From NCBI GenBank assembly GCA_963682135.1, contig OY821645.1:2208001-2272000 (forward strand): DNA of 64,000 nucleotides, written 5' to 3'. Shown here piece after piece: positions 38,240 through 49,416 of this stretch (position 1 is the stretch's first letter; the number at the start of each line of letters is the position of its first letter). The stretch is from Methanothrix sp. GTDB taxonomy: Archaea > Halobacteriota > Methanosarcinia > Methanotrichales > Methanotrichaceae. The notes beneath the pieces were generated by a model that was not told the DNA's origin, made no database searches, and worked only from the letters and a program-made list of their open reading frames with translations. The translations under genes and the position numbers were made by a program.

Positions 38240-39403
38240 TCAATCATTCTCTTGCGCACCGGCAGGAGACCTGCCAAAGATGCTTCCGCTCCTGGAAGGC
38301 AGCAAGCTTGCTGCCAGAGCCAGGATGGGACCCATGATCAGCCCTGATCCAACCAGCAGGGCGAGAGTTCCCAGGACGGCCAGAAGGACTCTTTGCAGCA
38401 GACCAGCCTCGCCTCTCGCCAGACGAATTGTCACTACCCCCAGGATTGCATGCAAAGCGGCGATTGCAAAGGTGATGTAAACCTCCGGCCCAAATGGAGC
38501 GCGGGTGAGATTGAAGACCATCTGGGTGAAGACGGAGGCGCTGCTGGCCAGGAAAAGAAATCCGGCCAGAGATCCGGCCAGGCAGAATGAGGTGCGCCGG
38601 GAGCCACGCCAGAAGATAAGGAGGGCCAGGATCTCTGCTACCAGATAGGGAATGAGAATAACCCCCAGGCTCTGTCCCTCCCAGAGGTAAACGGCTATGA
38701 GCTGCAAAGGTGTGGTAATCCTCTCCAGGAAGCCGAACTCCTCCCGATAGCCCACCACCAATCCGTAATGCCCGAGATTCACGCTTGTGCCGTTAATACT
38801 ATTTATATCACTATTATTAATATTACTGCCAGCGAAATTGCTGTAAACTGCAGCATAGTAGCGGGCTGATTTTGGAGCGGTCAGGTTTATCTCCGCGACT
38901 TCTCTAAAACTGCTGGGCCCGAATGGCTCGTAGACGGCATCGGCTGCACCCTTACTCTCTGCCGCCAGAATTTTCATGTCGGATGCTTGCGCCGGCAGGG
39001 ACAACTGCCCAGGCGGCAGACCGCTCGCATTCAATCCCGGACCCAGGAGCAGCAGAGCAGGAAGAAAATCATTTTCCTTTGCATCCGCCGACTTGAAGAG
39101 CGATAGGTAGATTCGCTCCCCCTCCTCCAGATCCAGGCTGTAGTAATGCACCTGATCCTTCTCTAGAGAGCCGTAAACCGCCCAGGACTTTCCCGGATCG
39201 GATATGTACATGGCTGAGGAGATGTTGTCATTTTCACCGGCCATGAGGGGTACGTGAGCAGAGGCTGGAAATGCGAAAGAAAGCATTACGAGCAAAACTG
39301 CGAAGAGGATGGGGCTTGGTCTCACAACTATACCTGGCACACGATCGGTATTCAATTTTTCGGCCTTGGCCAGTGAAATTGCGGCGGCGCACCCGCGCAG
39401 CAA
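38240..39403 (-). CDS. Hypothetical membrane protein (extracellular domain plus about 4 TMs)
   Basis: Signal-like AHVP cleavage site, YEPFGP, hydrophobic C-terminus; start uncertain. Confidence 0.7.
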   Translation of the reverse strand: MLRGCAAAISLAKAEKLNTDRVPGIVVRPSPILFAVLLVMLSFAFPASAHVPLMAGENDNISSAMYISDPGKSWAVYGSLEKDQVHYYSLDLEEGERIYLSLFKSADAKENDFLPALLLLGPGLNASGLPPGQLSLPAQASDMKILAAESKGAADAVYEPFGPSSFREVAEINLTAPKSARYYAAVYSNFAGSNINNSDINSINGTSVNLGHYGLVVGYREEFGFLERITTPLQLIAVYLWEGQSLGVILIPYLVAEILALLIFWRGSRRTSFCLAGSLAGFLFLASSASVFTQMVFNLTRAPFGPEVYITFAIAALHAILGVVTIRLARGEAGLLQRVLLAVLGTLALLVGSGLIMGPILALAASLLPSRSGSIFGRSPAGAQEND

Positions 39404-39448
39404 GCAACGTAGAGCTTTATACCGGTAAAGTTTAAGTACCTTGAGCTC

Positions 39449-42400
39449 CTACTGGCACGTTCCATAATTTCTTCTCCCAGTGCCGTCTGACCTAACTAGC
39501 TTCCTACCGCCATTCTCAACATCTTGCGCAATATTTGCAGATAGTTTAACTCCTTCGATGTTGTCTCCATCGAGTTTGGCTCTGTAAATGTTGGCTCCTG
39601 CAAGGTTTGCTCCATCAAGATTGGCTCCTGTAAGGTTTGCTCCTACAAGATTGGCTCCTGCAAGGTTTGCTCCTACAAGATTGGCTCCTGCAAGGCTTGC
39701 TCCATCGAGTTTGGCTCTGTAAATGTTGGCTCCTGCAAGGTTTGCTCCATCAAGATTGGCTCCCATAAGGTTTGCTCCTACAAGATTGGCTTCTACGAGT
39801 TTCACATCTACAAGTATGGCTCCTGCTAGGAAGCCATTTGCAAGGTTTGCTCCTACAAGATTGACTTTATAAAGGTTGGCCCCGTTTAGGTTGACTTCGT
39901 TTAGGTTGGCTCCTACGAGGTTGGCTTCGTTTAGATTAGCATTGTTTAGATTGGCTCCGTTTAGGTTGGCTCCTACGAGGTTGGCTCTGCTGAGATCTGA
40001 CGAGCATAGATTTGCTTGCCCAAAATCAATGGTTTGCAAAATCGCCCCTATTAGCTTTAAATGCGACAAACATTCTACAACCAAAACCGACTCGCCTTCT
40101 GCCCTTTGCCCCTGGACTCTCTTTAACCACGCTCCGAAGGCTGTTTTATCTGGATGCTCAATGTCGCTGATTTTTCCAGTTATGTATGCACATGCATTCA
40201 AGACCGCTAGCAATGCTTCTTCGGCGTTTCGGGATTGGAAGAGGGCTTCTCTAAATGATGCAAGTTGAAGCTGTTCCATTGGCATCCCATGTCGCAACAT
40301 ATAGCTGAAAAGTTTTGCAAGCATCTCCTGCCAGTGATCCAAGTCCTGAACGAGCTGAAGCCTAATTTCATTGAGAAGGAAGTCATGAAGGTATTGCGAT
40401 ATCGCACTTGGTCCACAGATCTGCGCCCAGTACTTGAGCGCGTCCCGTTCGTCCCAACCTCCATCGGGATTATTGGCACGGCTCTCCAACTCACGGATAA
40501 CTCTTTTGGTAGCTCTAACTATTCGTCTCGCTGTTAAATATTCGCCAAAACTCTTGTGAGTGAATATAAATGTAGGATCTCCGCTGGGGCGTTGGCCATA
40601 TTGTCGAAAGAAAAAGGCTGCGAGCAGCCGCGTAACGCCTGCCTTGGCCCCCTCCTGAAACGCTTCCAGCAACACACCCAGTCCGCTATCGCGACAATGT
40701 TTCTCGATTTCATGCACCGTAGTCGTTCGCCCATCTCCGTGCCAGGCCGCCAAGCCAATCTCTTCAAGCACGCGGGAGAAATCGTCAAGCTTCATGTGAC
40801 GAATGGGTGCGTAAGGCCGGTGCTTTTCGTAGCCACGTTCATGGACCGCGGCGACTAAATCCTCGTAAATTGAGTTCAGATTAACGCCCTTGGTGAAATC
40901 AAGCTTGTCTCGTGTGAAGCTGAGCGCGACTAGATAGTTGAGCAGTGGTTGGGCGGTAACCTCAGCGAGGTCGTCTCGATCCAGCTCATACGGCAGATTA
41001 TTGTATCCTTTGCCAGTCAGAGCGCCGTAGTTCTTCCACCACTGTTGTCGTAGATCGCATTTTAGCAAATTTTCTGGGTCATCATACTCCTCCCCATCTT
41101 GCACAAAATGCCGCTTATGTTCAGGCGGTCGAGGTACAAAGTAAGGAAGCAAAGTGAGGATTTGATGTGGCCGACGAAATTCGGATTCATTCTCCTGCAC
41201 GACTAATTCTCGGCCGCTAATCAGAACGCGAAGCTTAACGCTTTCAAGATTCCGCTTCTCGACGGTCCTATCTATCTCTCGAATAAAAGCTCTTGCAGTC
41301 TCTGCCGCAGCTTTCCCTTGGCTGGCCAATTCGTCAAGGCCATCGAAGATGATTAGCATGCTTGGTTCAGGAGACTCGGGATCTAACGGATTCTGAGGCA
41401 GCACTCCTTCAGCCCTAACAAATCGTCCAACCTCCTCAACTAAGTCTTTGGAGGGGTCGATCAAATGTAATGGAATATACAACGCCTTAAGTTTCGGATC
41501 ATTCGAGAGTTTTGCCGCGAAAACGCGCGCGAATGAAGATTTTCCGCTGCCTGGGCCACCGCTGATGACCCGAATGGCATCCTGCGAGCTAGGATTCTGC
41601 AGCCATTGATCCAACTCTTTTTGCAAAGAAACAACGATGCGTCGGCGCTGCTTACCAGTGAAAGTCATTTCTTCGGACAACTCTTTGGCAGACTTATCCA
41701 CAAAGTAAAATGCGTTCAGTGGAACATAAATCTGGCTTAGGCTAAACGGCTCGTCGAAAATTCCTTCATGGACTCGACGCTGTAGGAGCGCGGAATAAGT
41801 TCTCCACGCACACTCTCGCTCCCCAGCCTTAGCAAAGGGCGTATCCAGCGTAGCAATGAGCGGGCGGTAGTAGTTCGCGTTACATCGCCATTCCTGATTG
41901 AGTGCGTAAACAAAGTAGCTCGGTAGACGGCCAGCAATTGCCTTTGCTGCTGGCTCGCTCACATCGAGGTATTCGAGCCACTTCTGAAGGAGGGATTGAA
42001 TCTCTTTAACCAGAAGCAATTCCGCAGGTCGGTCGAAAAACTTGTGATCAATATGAGCCTCTCCGGTTGAGATGGAAATATCAAATTGGTCCGCCAAGAC
42101 ATCGGAAGCTTTCTTGTTGTCGATCAGTTGTTGGCTGGAATTTTCACCTACTAACTCAAAGATGGCCTTGATAACGGAACGTTGGATGAGGATGTATGCA
42201 AGTTCTTCTGGTTTTGTTTCTAATCCTATGGCAGATAAAGTCTCCCCTGCGTCGGTGCTGAGTTCTTCCCACTTGCCGTAAGCGGTGTGGCCAATGCCTT
42301 TGGAGAGCGCTTTGAAAAGTTGCCTGTAATCAATCTGTAGTGACTTTTCGAAAATTCTCTTGGGTTTTGTCACCTTCAGTTTTGGATTTAATTCAGACAT
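39449..42400 (-). CDS. NACHT-type STAND NTPase with C-terminal pentapeptide repeats
   Basis: Walker A GGPGSGKS, Walker [29 protein letters not shown]; A(N/D)LxG repeats. Confidence 0.88.
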   Translation of the reverse strand: MSELNPKLKVTKPKRIFEKSLQIDYRQLFKALSKGIGHTAYGKWEELSTDAGETLSAIGLETKPEELAYILIQRSVIKAIFELVGENSSQQLIDNKKASDVLADQFDISISTGEAHIDHKFFDRPAELLLVKEIQSLLQKWLEYLDVSEPAAKAIAGRLPSYFVYALNQEWRCNANYYRPLIATLDTPFAKAGERECAWRTYSALLQRRVHEGIFDEPFSLSQIYVPLNAFYFVDKSAKELSEEMTFTGKQRRRIVVSLQKELDQWLQNPSSQDAIRVISGGPGSGKSSFARVFAAKLSNDPKLKALYIPLHLIDPSKDLVEEVGRFVRAEGVLPQNPLDPESPEPSMLIIFDGLDELASQGKAAAETARAFIREIDRTVEKRNLESVKLRVLISGRELVVQENESEFRRPHQILTLLPYFVPRPPEHKRHFVQDGEEYDDPENLLKCDLRQQWWKNYGALTGKGYNNLPYELDRDDLAEVTAQPLLNYLVALSFTRDKLDFTKGVNLNSIYEDLVAAVHERGYEKHRPYAPIRHMKLDDFSRVLEEIGLAAWHGDGRTTTVHEIEKHCRDSGLGVLLEAFQEGAKAGVTRLLAAFFFRQYGQRPSGDPTFIFTHKSFGEYLTARRIVRATKRVIRELESRANNPDGGWDERDALKYWAQICGPSAISQYLHDFLLNEIRLQLVQDLDHWQEMLAKLFSYMLRHGMPMEQLQLASFREALFQSRNAEEALLAVLNACAYITGKISDIEHPDKTAFGAWLKRVQGQRAEGESVLVVECLSHLKLIGAILQTIDFGQANLCSSDLSRANLVGANLNGANLNNANLNEANLVGANLNEVNLNGANLYKVNLVGANLANGFLAGAILVDVKLVEANLVGANLMGANLDGANLAGANIYRAKLDGASLAGANLVGANLAGANLVGANLTGANLDGANLAGANIYRAKLDGDNIEGVKLSANIAQDVENGGRKLVRSDGTGRRNYGTCQ
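39560..40060 (-). repeat. Pentapeptide-repeat coding array (15/30-nt period)
   Basis: Recurrent ttggctcctgcaaggtttgctcctacaaga. Confidence 0.85.
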
Positions 42401-42432
42401 ATTAAACCTCTGTAAGAACGCTATAAAATTCG

Positions 42433-42723
42433 CTAAGTGAAGTGAAGTCCGCCATTGTCCGGATAGCGAAAGAGCAGGGTTCTGCTTTCCAGCCATACCC
42501 AATCTGATCCCAGTGCCGCCAGAGAGAGGTAGGGCAGGAGCGTATGCGACGTTTCTACCCCGCGCTCCATAGCCAAGTAAATGCCATACACTGGCTGGAT
42601 GATCCTTTCACCGAACCAAATACTCTGCCAAGCCGCCCGAATCCGTTCCGCCAGCGTCCGAACCGGTAGCTTATCGGCCTGATTGGCGCTCAGAAAGACG
42701 TTATACTCGAATGTTCTGCTCAT
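42433..42723 (-). pseudogene. Degenerate, truncated TIR domain
   Basis: NVFLS....DK..VR.LAER.R....IWF....IQP...IYLA.ERG.E.S..L...LS.AALGSDWV.LE; ends before the last TIR elements. Confidence 0.7.
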
Positions 42724-43142
42724 CGACTCTCCTATTGCTTTGGATATCGACGTAATTTCCGCCCTATGGTAATAAAGCTACTCCTTTCTTTTCTGGCCGA
42801 TGACTAAGAATAGTTATTCGATACTTATGGAAGTTCAGCATTCCACGCAATCAATTGAATCACCTTAGCTTGGCTCTCGTCGAACAGATCGACAAAATTG
42901 CTTTTTGCTATCGGACTGAGATGAAGTGGATCGTACTTGGTCTTTGATATGAAGATGCCCTTTTGAACCGGGGGCATTTTCATCACTCATGGGTGTCCCA
43001 ACGGACATGAAGGTATCTTGTGAGTCTAATAATTTCGTTTAGGCTAACTCGTTTGAAATGGATGTGGCAAGGCTTTTTCGAGACCATAAGTAGCGAACGG
43101 AATGCCAACCAGTTAGTTCAATACCGGTAATAACTTACAAGT

Positions 43143-43173
43143 TGCAAGCTGCGGGGTATTCGTCAAAAATAAA
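43143..43173. repeat. REP-like palindrome, copy 2 (partial)
   Basis: gcaagctgcggggtattcg..aaaaataaa. Confidence 0.4.
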
Positions 43174-43397
43174 CTGAGATCGGAGCATCAACTGATCAGC
43201 TTCTTGTCAAAAACCGAAAAATGGATCGATTTGGTGGTTGCCTTTCTGGCAGAAGATTTCAAGATGGGGTGCTACCAATATAGGCCACTTCGGCTCAGAA
43301 TAGATAGCAGAAGCTATAACAACTGCATGGCTTTCCAATAAATTTATCTTCAAGGCCCGCTATCACTTATCTGTTGAAAAGAGTGGAGGTTAAATTG

Positions 43398-44342
43398 ATG
43401 TTCAGGAAAATTAGGATAATTTTGAGCCTATTCTTTGTAGCAATGCTATGTATGAGCTTTAGCTTTGCTCAAGATAGCGAAGCAGCAAAATCAAACATAA
43501 TGGATGCGGCAAGCGAGCTTGGCCTCAACGAATTCGCTGCAGCGATTGAGGGGTCGGGACTGGCAGATACTCTGAATAACCAGGGTGTGCTCATAATCGG
43601 CTCCGGCTCCTTTGTGATCTTCGCGCCCAGTGATGACGCATTTGCAGAGGTCACGCAGGTTGATATGAACGCCATCAATGAGAACGCCACCGAGCTGAAA
43701 AGAGTGCTCGGCCATCATATCGTCTGGAACGACGGCAGCTTTGAGAACATCTCCGAGCTCTCCACAGCAAGAACATTGCAGGGAGAAAATCTAACCATCG
43801 ATAACATAGAAGGCATGAAGGTAAATGGAGCCAACATAACGGCGTCTAGAAGCTACGGCAACGGCACCATCTATGTGATCGACAGAGTACTGCTGCCAGA
43901 GAAGGCTTCGGGCCTTGGTGTGATTGAGGCTGCCAATGATCTGGGCGCCAAAAAGTTCGCTGCAGCCATCGATTCCGCCGGCCTCAGAGAGACACTCAAC
44001 GGCCAGGGACTCATGGGGATGGAGAGCCTCTCAGAAGGGCCATTTACAGTATTCGCCCCGAGCGACAGCGCCTTTGACGCAGCAAAAGCCGCCATTGATG
44101 CCATCAGCAAGAAAGATGCTACAGGCATGGTGAACCTTCTCTCCTACCATATGGTGAATTCCAGGAGCCTGCTTAATGCGACCGATATCAATTCCGCCAG
44201 GACCATGCTGGGAGACTCACTGGCAGTGGATGCAAACCTGGGCCTGGTGGGCAGCGCCAATGTCCTGAGGTCCGAGAGATATGCTAACGGCATTGTCTAT
44301 GTCATAGACCAGGTGCTTGTGCCCATAAGGCTGGCCATGTAA
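43398..44342 (+). CDS. Secreted protein with two fasciclin (FAS1) domains
   Basis: FAPSD.AF twice, NG..YVID.VL.P twice. Confidence 0.9.
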   Translation: MFRKIRIILSLFFVAMLCMSFSFAQDSEAAKSNIMDAASELGLNEFAAAIEGSGLADTLNNQGVLIIGSGSFVIFAPSDDAFAEVTQVDMNAINENATELKRVLGHHIVWNDGSFENISELSTARTLQGENLTIDNIEGMKVNGANITASRSYGNGTIYVIDRVLLPEKASGLGVIEAANDLGAKKFAAAIDSAGLRETLNGQGLMGMESLSEGPFTVFAPSDSAFDAAKAAIDAISKKDATGMVNLLSYHMVNSRSLLNATDINSARTMLGDSLAVDANLGLVGSANVLRSERYANGIVYVIDQVLVPIRLAM

Positions 44343-44437
44343 AGCAAAGAGTGATAATTTTTTTTTGGAATCGAGGAGCTGAATCAGGGCAGGACCAATA
44401 TCAGCTTCTCATTCTTATACTATCATCATTTCCAAGG

Positions 44438-45808
44438 CTAACGCTTGAGCGGGCACTTTACCGATCTCCAGCCGGCCATGCCTCCTAAAATGACGTTCAG
44501 TCTCTTCCAGCCCCGCGCCTTCAGATAGCTCGCCGCCACCATGGACCGCATGCCGCTTCCGCAGAAGATGGATACCTCCCGGTCCAGCGGCACCTCATTC
44601 ATCCTCTCTCTTATGGCAGTGATGGGAATATGCTGCGCACCCTCGATTCTGCCGTCTCTTGCAAGCTCACCCTCAAATCTGACATCCAAAATCCATAAAG
44701 GCTCGCCTTCATCCAACTGACGGCAGAACTCCTGCACCGTTTGGGTTCTGACGGACTGCGACTCCTGTCCGAACATGTGCCAGCTGAGCATGCCACCCGC
44801 CAGAAATCCGGCAATGTCATCAAACCCCAGGCGCAGGAGAATGACTGCTATGCTCTCCACCAAATTGCCTTCGCCCACGAGAAGAATCGGCCGATCGTAG
44901 CTGAGGAACCAGCCGGCAAAGCTGGCCAGGCCATCTTGCCAGATGGATTGAGAGCCTGGAACATGAGCGGCAGCAAAAGCCAGCTCCTGGCGCGTATCCA
45001 GAACCTGAGCATTCTGCGTCTCAGAAAGGTCAAAAAAGCTCCTGGCATCCAGGGGCCGGGAAGATGGCAGGACCCCCAGAAGCGGCCTGCCTTCCAGATT
45101 CACCTTTTCCATACGGCGAAAGTAAGGAGGCCGATCCGGCTGGCTCTGCAATATTGAAGCCACAAACTGCTCTTTGCTCTTGGCCTGCAATCGTGCATTA
45201 TGCTTTTTCTCAATGCCAATGCTCGTCCAGAGACGCTCGGCAATCGACTCGCCACACACCGAGCCTGACCCGTGCGCCGGGCAGAGGATGACTTCATCTC
45301 CCAGCGGCAGTATTCTGGAAAAGAGACTCTCGTAAAGCAGTCCTGCATTCTCCTCAGCTAAATTTTTGCCCAGCAGATCGATTCTGCCCACCTCTCCGGC
45401 AAAGAGAGTATCCCCACAAAAGAGAATCCAGGGAATGCCGGCCGGATCACGCAGCAAATAGCTCATGCTTCCCGGGGTGTGGCCGGGCGTAGCGAGGGCT
45501 TCGACCTCCAGGCGGCCCACCCTCCATCTCTGGCTGGCGGTGACGGCACGACCATATTGGTAGTCCCACTGACCGTCGGCATGCCAGACCTCCGCTCCCG
45601 TCCGGGCAGCCAGTTCCATCGACCCTACAAAATAGTCCTCATTCCTGTGCGTCTCCAGAACGTAGGCAATACTCATTCCTGCCCCGAAGGCCATTTTCAT
45701 GTAGTCGTCAACATCCCTTCTGGGATCAATTACCAGGGCCTGGTTCTTGTCGCCGACCAGATAGGAGTAATGAGCAAGGCCTGCAGAGACAATCCGTTCC
45801 AGGAGCAT
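44438..45808 (-). CDS. MBL-fold hydrolase with two rhodanese domains (persulfide dioxygenase-like)
   Basis: ETHRNEDY, TPGHTPGS, GDTLF, PAHG.GS.CG, CGSGMRS. Confidence 0.88.
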   Translation of the reverse strand: MLLERIVSAGLAHYSYLVGDKNQALVIDPRRDVDDYMKMAFGAGMSIAYVLETHRNEDYFVGSMELAARTGAEVWHADGQWDYQYGRAVTASQRWRVGRLEVEALATPGHTPGSMSYLLRDPAGIPWILFCGDTLFAGEVGRIDLLGKNLAEENAGLLYESLFSRILPLGDEVILCPAHGSGSVCGESIAERLWTSIGIEKKHNARLQAKSKEQFVASILQSQPDRPPYFRRMEKVNLEGRPLLGVLPSSRPLDARSFFDLSETQNAQVLDTRQELAFAAAHVPGSQSIWQDGLASFAGWFLSYDRPILLVGEGNLVESIAVILLRLGFDDIAGFLAGGMLSWHMFGQESQSVRTQTVQEFCRQLDEGEPLWILDVRFEGELARDGRIEGAQHIPITAIRERMNEVPLDREVSIFCGSGMRSMVAASYLKARGWKRLNVILGGMAGWRSVKCPLKR

Positions 45809-46504
45809 TTATTGCACCCCGATTCCAGGAGATCTTTGACTGCATCTTTTGCAATTAAATACATCATCTGCGCTGAGGAGCACCGGCTTGGCAGGATAAA
45901 TATCATAGCTTTCCCCACAGCAGTAGAGCCAGCCATCAAAGGATCTCTTTGTAGAGTAGCTGTTGTTAATGGCAAAATTTTTGGTTATATGATATGTGCC
46001 AATATATTCCTCTTCGATCTCAATGGCCGGATTCTTCCAGGCATGGCCGTCGCGTCCGGAAAGCACACCGATTTGCACCTTGCCGCTCGTAACGGTTTCA
46101 TCGATCTGCATCTGAGTTGTGGCATAGTTTATGTTTTCGTATTCACTCTGCATGCTGCGAGAAGTGGCCGTATATTCCCTCTTGCCGGAAACATCCTGGG
46201 CAAAACCAACCTCGTGACTCATGGATGTAGCTGAATTGGCATTAGAAAGCTCGGTCCTGCTGCCAATTCCGCCGCCAATAGCGAAAGGATGGGATGAATA
46301 GTAACCGCTTCCCGGCGTAAGGTCCACGGGAGCGCTGGATATTTTGTTCTCGCTTACAAAAGAGATAGATGAATTATTATAAGATGAATTGGCGTTGATA
46401 AAATCATCCGAGACTTGATCCAAAGAAGCATCGGCAGCGACAGCATTAGTCGCAACTGAAATTATGAGGAGCAGCAATAGAATCATTTTATCCTGCAAAT
46501 TCAC
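45809..46504 (-). CDS. Secreted hypothetical protein
   Basis: Signal peptide; Ser/Asn-rich; C-terminal cysteines. Confidence 0.65.
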   Translation of the reverse strand: MNLQDKMILLLLLIISVATNAVAADASLDQVSDDFINANSSYNNSSISFVSENKISSAPVDLTPGSGYYSSHPFAIGGGIGSRTELSNANSATSMSHEVGFAQDVSGKREYTATSRSMQSEYENINYATTQMQIDETVTSGKVQIGVLSGRDGHAWKNPAIEIEEEYIGTYHITKNFAINNSYSTKRSFDGWLYCCGESYDIYPAKPVLLSADDVFNCKRCSQRSPGIGVQ

Positions 46505-46989
46505 AAATTAAGCCTCCAGAGGGTGTAATTGAGAAACGTGGCAAAGCTCACCCAGAATATGTAAGGAACAAGAAGCAGAGATGCATATTTGCTGATATAC
46601 CAAAACCGGATGATGCATTGCAGTATGAGAAGCCAGAGGAACACAATTACTACGATTGCGGCCAGGGGCGACTGCAAACCAAAAAAAGCGTAGGACCAGA
46701 GAATATTGACCAGGAGCTGAAAAGCAAATACGACCAGAGCAATTTTGGTGTTATTGCTGCTTGTCCCCTTTTGCCAGATCAAGAAGAGAGATAGGCCCAT
46801 GAGAGCAAAGAGAATTATCCACACGGCAGAGATGATCGACCCGGGCGGCGTAAACCAGGGTTTATCAAGGGTCGTATACCAGGTGGTAACGGACCCTGCC
46901 GTGAACTGCGAACCTATGACTCCGGCTAGCTGGCATGTAGCTATACATAAAATGAGCCTGGCAAGCTCCCTCAACATTATGGAATTCAT
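46501..46989 (-). CDS. tspO: TspO/MBR tryptophan-rich sensory protein
   Basis: WY..L.KP.FTPP, LN..WS..FFG, PY..WV.FA. Confidence 0.92.
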   Translation of the reverse strand: MNSIMLRELARLILCIATCQLAGVIGSQFTAGSVTTWYTTLDKPWFTPPGSIISAVWIILFALMGLSLFLIWQKGTSSNNTKIALVVFAFQLLVNILWSYAFFGLQSPLAAIVVIVFLWLLILQCIIRFWYISKYASLLLVPYIFWVSFATFLNYTLWRLNL

Positions 46990-47073
46990 CAGCCATTCCT
47001 TGCCATTCATGCGAGGCAAATATTCCGAAAGCCTTGCTTTCCTTAAGCCTATATTGCATATATTTATTTCTGT

Positions 47074-48180
47074 TCACTGCTTTGCTGTAGCGGCCGTGAG
47101 GCTGGTAACATTCGATTTAGTGAAGAAGCCATCAAAATCCCCGTATCGATGAATATACTCCAAGACCAGGAGAGTATTCCTGGAAGGCTGGCTGAAGATC
47201 TGCTTCAGGCCTTCTTCGGGAGAGCCAACCAAATCGAGGAGGAACTTCATTTTATCTTTTCGCAGAGCCTCTACAGTTGCATCAATTTCTTCCGTTTGGA
47301 AGGCGATGTGATGGACACGAGGGCCGAAGTTGCTTATGAATTTCTCTGTGGGCCCGGAGGCTTCCCGGCTGACAAAAGGAGTAATCCCGGAGGTGAAGAC
47401 CATAGCAAAGTCAGAAGAGGAGAGACGGGCTACATTGGTGATGGAATTTAGACTCTTCACATAAATAGCGAAATCGAAATTGTAGTTGGTAAGCCGCATG
47501 AACTCCAGTATGGCAGGATCACGATCTTGAGCCCTTACCCGGGTGGCGGCGTGGTCCAGCCAGCGAACATTGCCAAGAGCAGAAGGCTTTGCAGATATAT
47601 TCCAGTCAACGCCGTGGCTTTCTGGAGAGGAATAGACACCCCTATCGCCCTTCCATTCAATGAATCCCAGAGAGTTTCCGGTGAACCGGGAAGGCATTGT
47701 CTGGATAAAATAGTAGTTGCCAAAATCAAGTATTTCGCTCTGGAATTTTATGTTTGCCGGGGATTGCAGGGATACGTACCTCTTGATATCATAGGTCTCA
47801 AAGACAAAGGTCTCCAGTCGAGTATTAGGATAATCACGGGCCTGTGGGGCAGTGTTAAATTCGCTGAACGGATTGCTGCCCTTCAGCCTGGACCGAATGA
47901 GGAAGTCTGCCGAGCGAGACTTATCTGAGCCTGGGACTTTGAGAACGCAGGTTTTGTGCTCTCCATCCATAAATGCCTCTTGAAATTGAAGGCCGCTATA
48001 TCTGATGAGCTCCTCTGCGGCAGATTTATGCAGATGCTTCTCGGTGTTGATAATTACAGCCTGTAGCCCTCCCACCAGGCCTTCCAGCCCGCAGAGCTTT
48101 CGCTCTTCCATGACACGGGCCGCCTCTTTTCTCAGGACTTCATCGCGGTTTTGCTGATCCATTTCCATTGCCACCCCCAA
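47074..48180 (-). CDS. VOC-superfamily protein, 4-hydroxyphenylpyruvate dioxygenase-like
   Basis: LDHAA, VHHIAF.T.EI, LKQIF, LEYIHR..F.GF. Confidence 0.65.
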   Translation of the reverse strand: MGVAMEMDQQNRDEVLRKEAARVMEERKLCGLEGLVGGLQAVIINTEKHLHKSAAEELIRYSGLQFQEAFMDGEHKTCVLKVPGSDKSRSADFLIRSRLKGSNPFSEFNTAPQARDYPNTRLETFVFETYDIKRYVSLQSPANIKFQSEILDFGNYYFIQTMPSRFTGNSLGFIEWKGDRGVYSSPESHGVDWNISAKPSALGNVRWLDHAATRVRAQDRDPAILEFMRLTNYNFDFAIYVKSLNSITNVARLSSSDFAMVFTSGITPFVSREASGPTEKFISNFGPRVHHIAFQTEEIDATVEALRKDKMKFLLDLVGSPEEGLKQIFSQPSRNTLLVLEYIHRYGDFDGFFTKSNVTSLTAATAKQ

Positions 48181-48193
48181 ATTTCATCCTTCC

Positions 48194-48592
48194 TTAAGCC
48201 TCAATTTGGTGAGTCTCGTCAATCTCTTTATCGTAAATCTCTTCATCTTCTGCCCGCCAGGAGGGACTGACCATGCAAATGAATTTTAGAATAATGTCTC
48301 CTGTATTTTGAATATATTGCCGGGAGCCGGGCGGAATCAGGGCGGCCTGGCCGGCTGAAACCAGGGCCATCTCGGTGTCGATGTGCATCTTACCCTCACC
48401 CTCCAGGATAAAGTAGATCTCTGTAGAGGTTTTCAGCCGATGAGGAAGGGATGCCGCGCCGGGCTGCAAGACAGCATGAGCGATGCTGTAGGGGAGATCC
48501 AGCCCCTCCCGCTCAGGGTGAAGCAGCTCGCAGATAAGAGTATTATCTGCCGCCCGAAAGTATCTGCAATTTGCCAAATCTCTTATGATCAT
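48194..48592 (-). CDS. Cupin domain protein
   Basis: PH.L....EIYFILEG.G, IPPG. Confidence 0.88.
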   Translation of the reverse strand: MIIRDLANCRYFRAADNTLICELLHPEREGLDLPYSIAHAVLQPGAASLPHRLKTSTEIYFILEGEGKMHIDTEMALVSAGQAALIPPGSRQYIQNTGDIILKFICMVSPSWRAEDEEIYDKEIDETHQIEA

Positions 48593-48816
48593 TTATTGGA
48601 CCTTCCTTTCCGAAAGCCTGTATTCTTGAATTGTCATTACTACTACAAGGAGATTTTTATTGACCAGAGTGGCCACAGAATGAATGACCCTGGTTCTTGC
48701 CATCCGAGATAATTGATGAGATGATCCAATCCATCAGATCTGGCATCCTGGAAATCATATGCATCAGACGGGAGGGGAGTGGATATTTATCTCAGTTAAG
48801 ATAAGGAAAATAGCGA

Positions 48817-49416
48817 ATGCGCCTGATAGAGATATTCTATTCCATACAGGGCGAGGGCCCGGCCATGGGAAGGCCTGCCACCTTCGTTCGGCTGGCCGGC
48901 TGCAATCTTCGTTGCCAGGGATGCGATACAGACGAACGGCCATGCCAGGAATTATCCATAGAAGAGGTGATGAAGTGCATCCCAAGCCGAATGGTAGTCA
49001 TCACCGGAGGAGAGCCTACCCTGCAGATGGAGCAGCTGTCGGAATTGATTATATCATTGCATGGCCAGGGTAAGGAGATTCACATTGAGACCAACGGCAC
49101 CAATCCCATTGCGCAAGATATCCTGGAAAAGATCCATTACGCAGTAGTCAGCCCCAAGCGGGGATCGGACTTCCATCTCAACTTTTGGGCAGGGAAAAAG
49201 AATGTCCACCTCAAATTTGTATTGGGCGAAGCTCCTTGGTGCTGGACCTCTGAACTATTGCATGATATTGTCCTCGCCCTGGAAAAAAAGAGGACCTGGA
49301 TTATGGCCTACGGAACAGACCCCACGATGCCGGAAGCCCGGAGGGCCTGGGATCTGGCTTTGAGCCTGGGCATCAATTACTCGGACAGACTGCATGTCCG
49401 TCTGAAGAGAAGATAG
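48817..49416 (+). CDS. queE: 7-carboxy-7-deazaguanine synthase (radical SAM)
   Basis: EIF.SIQGEG, FVRLAGCNLRC.GCDT, TGGEP, IETNG, VSPK. Confidence 0.9.
   Translation: MRLIEIFYSIQGEGPAMGRPATFVRLAGCNLRCQGCDTDERPCQELSIEEVMKCIPSRMVVITGGEPTLQMEQLSELIISLHGQGKEIHIETNGTNPIAQDILEKIHYAVVSPKRGSDFHLNFWAGKKNVHLKFVLGEAPWCWTSELLHDIVLALEKKRTWIMAYGTDPTMPEARRAWDLALSLGINYSDRLHVRLKRR

Noticed and set aside
42433-42502. Programmed frameshift fusing TIR to NACHT
   Set aside because: The frames overlap, but I see no slippery site and the TIR is eroded throughout; decay is the simpler explanation.
42950-43015. Two small hairpins upstream of the TIR remnant
   Set aside because: Possibly a mobile-element end, but single-copy here and unassignable.
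48670-48745. C/D-box sRNA-like arrangement (TGAATGA..CCGA..TGATGA..CAGA)
   Set aside because: Boxes are degenerate, guides are too long and no rRNA/tRNA target is recognisable.
48817-49416. queE as part of a 7-deazaguanine DNA-modification (dpd) system
   Set aside because: No dpdA, queC or queD nearby; archaeosine tRNA synthesis explains it.
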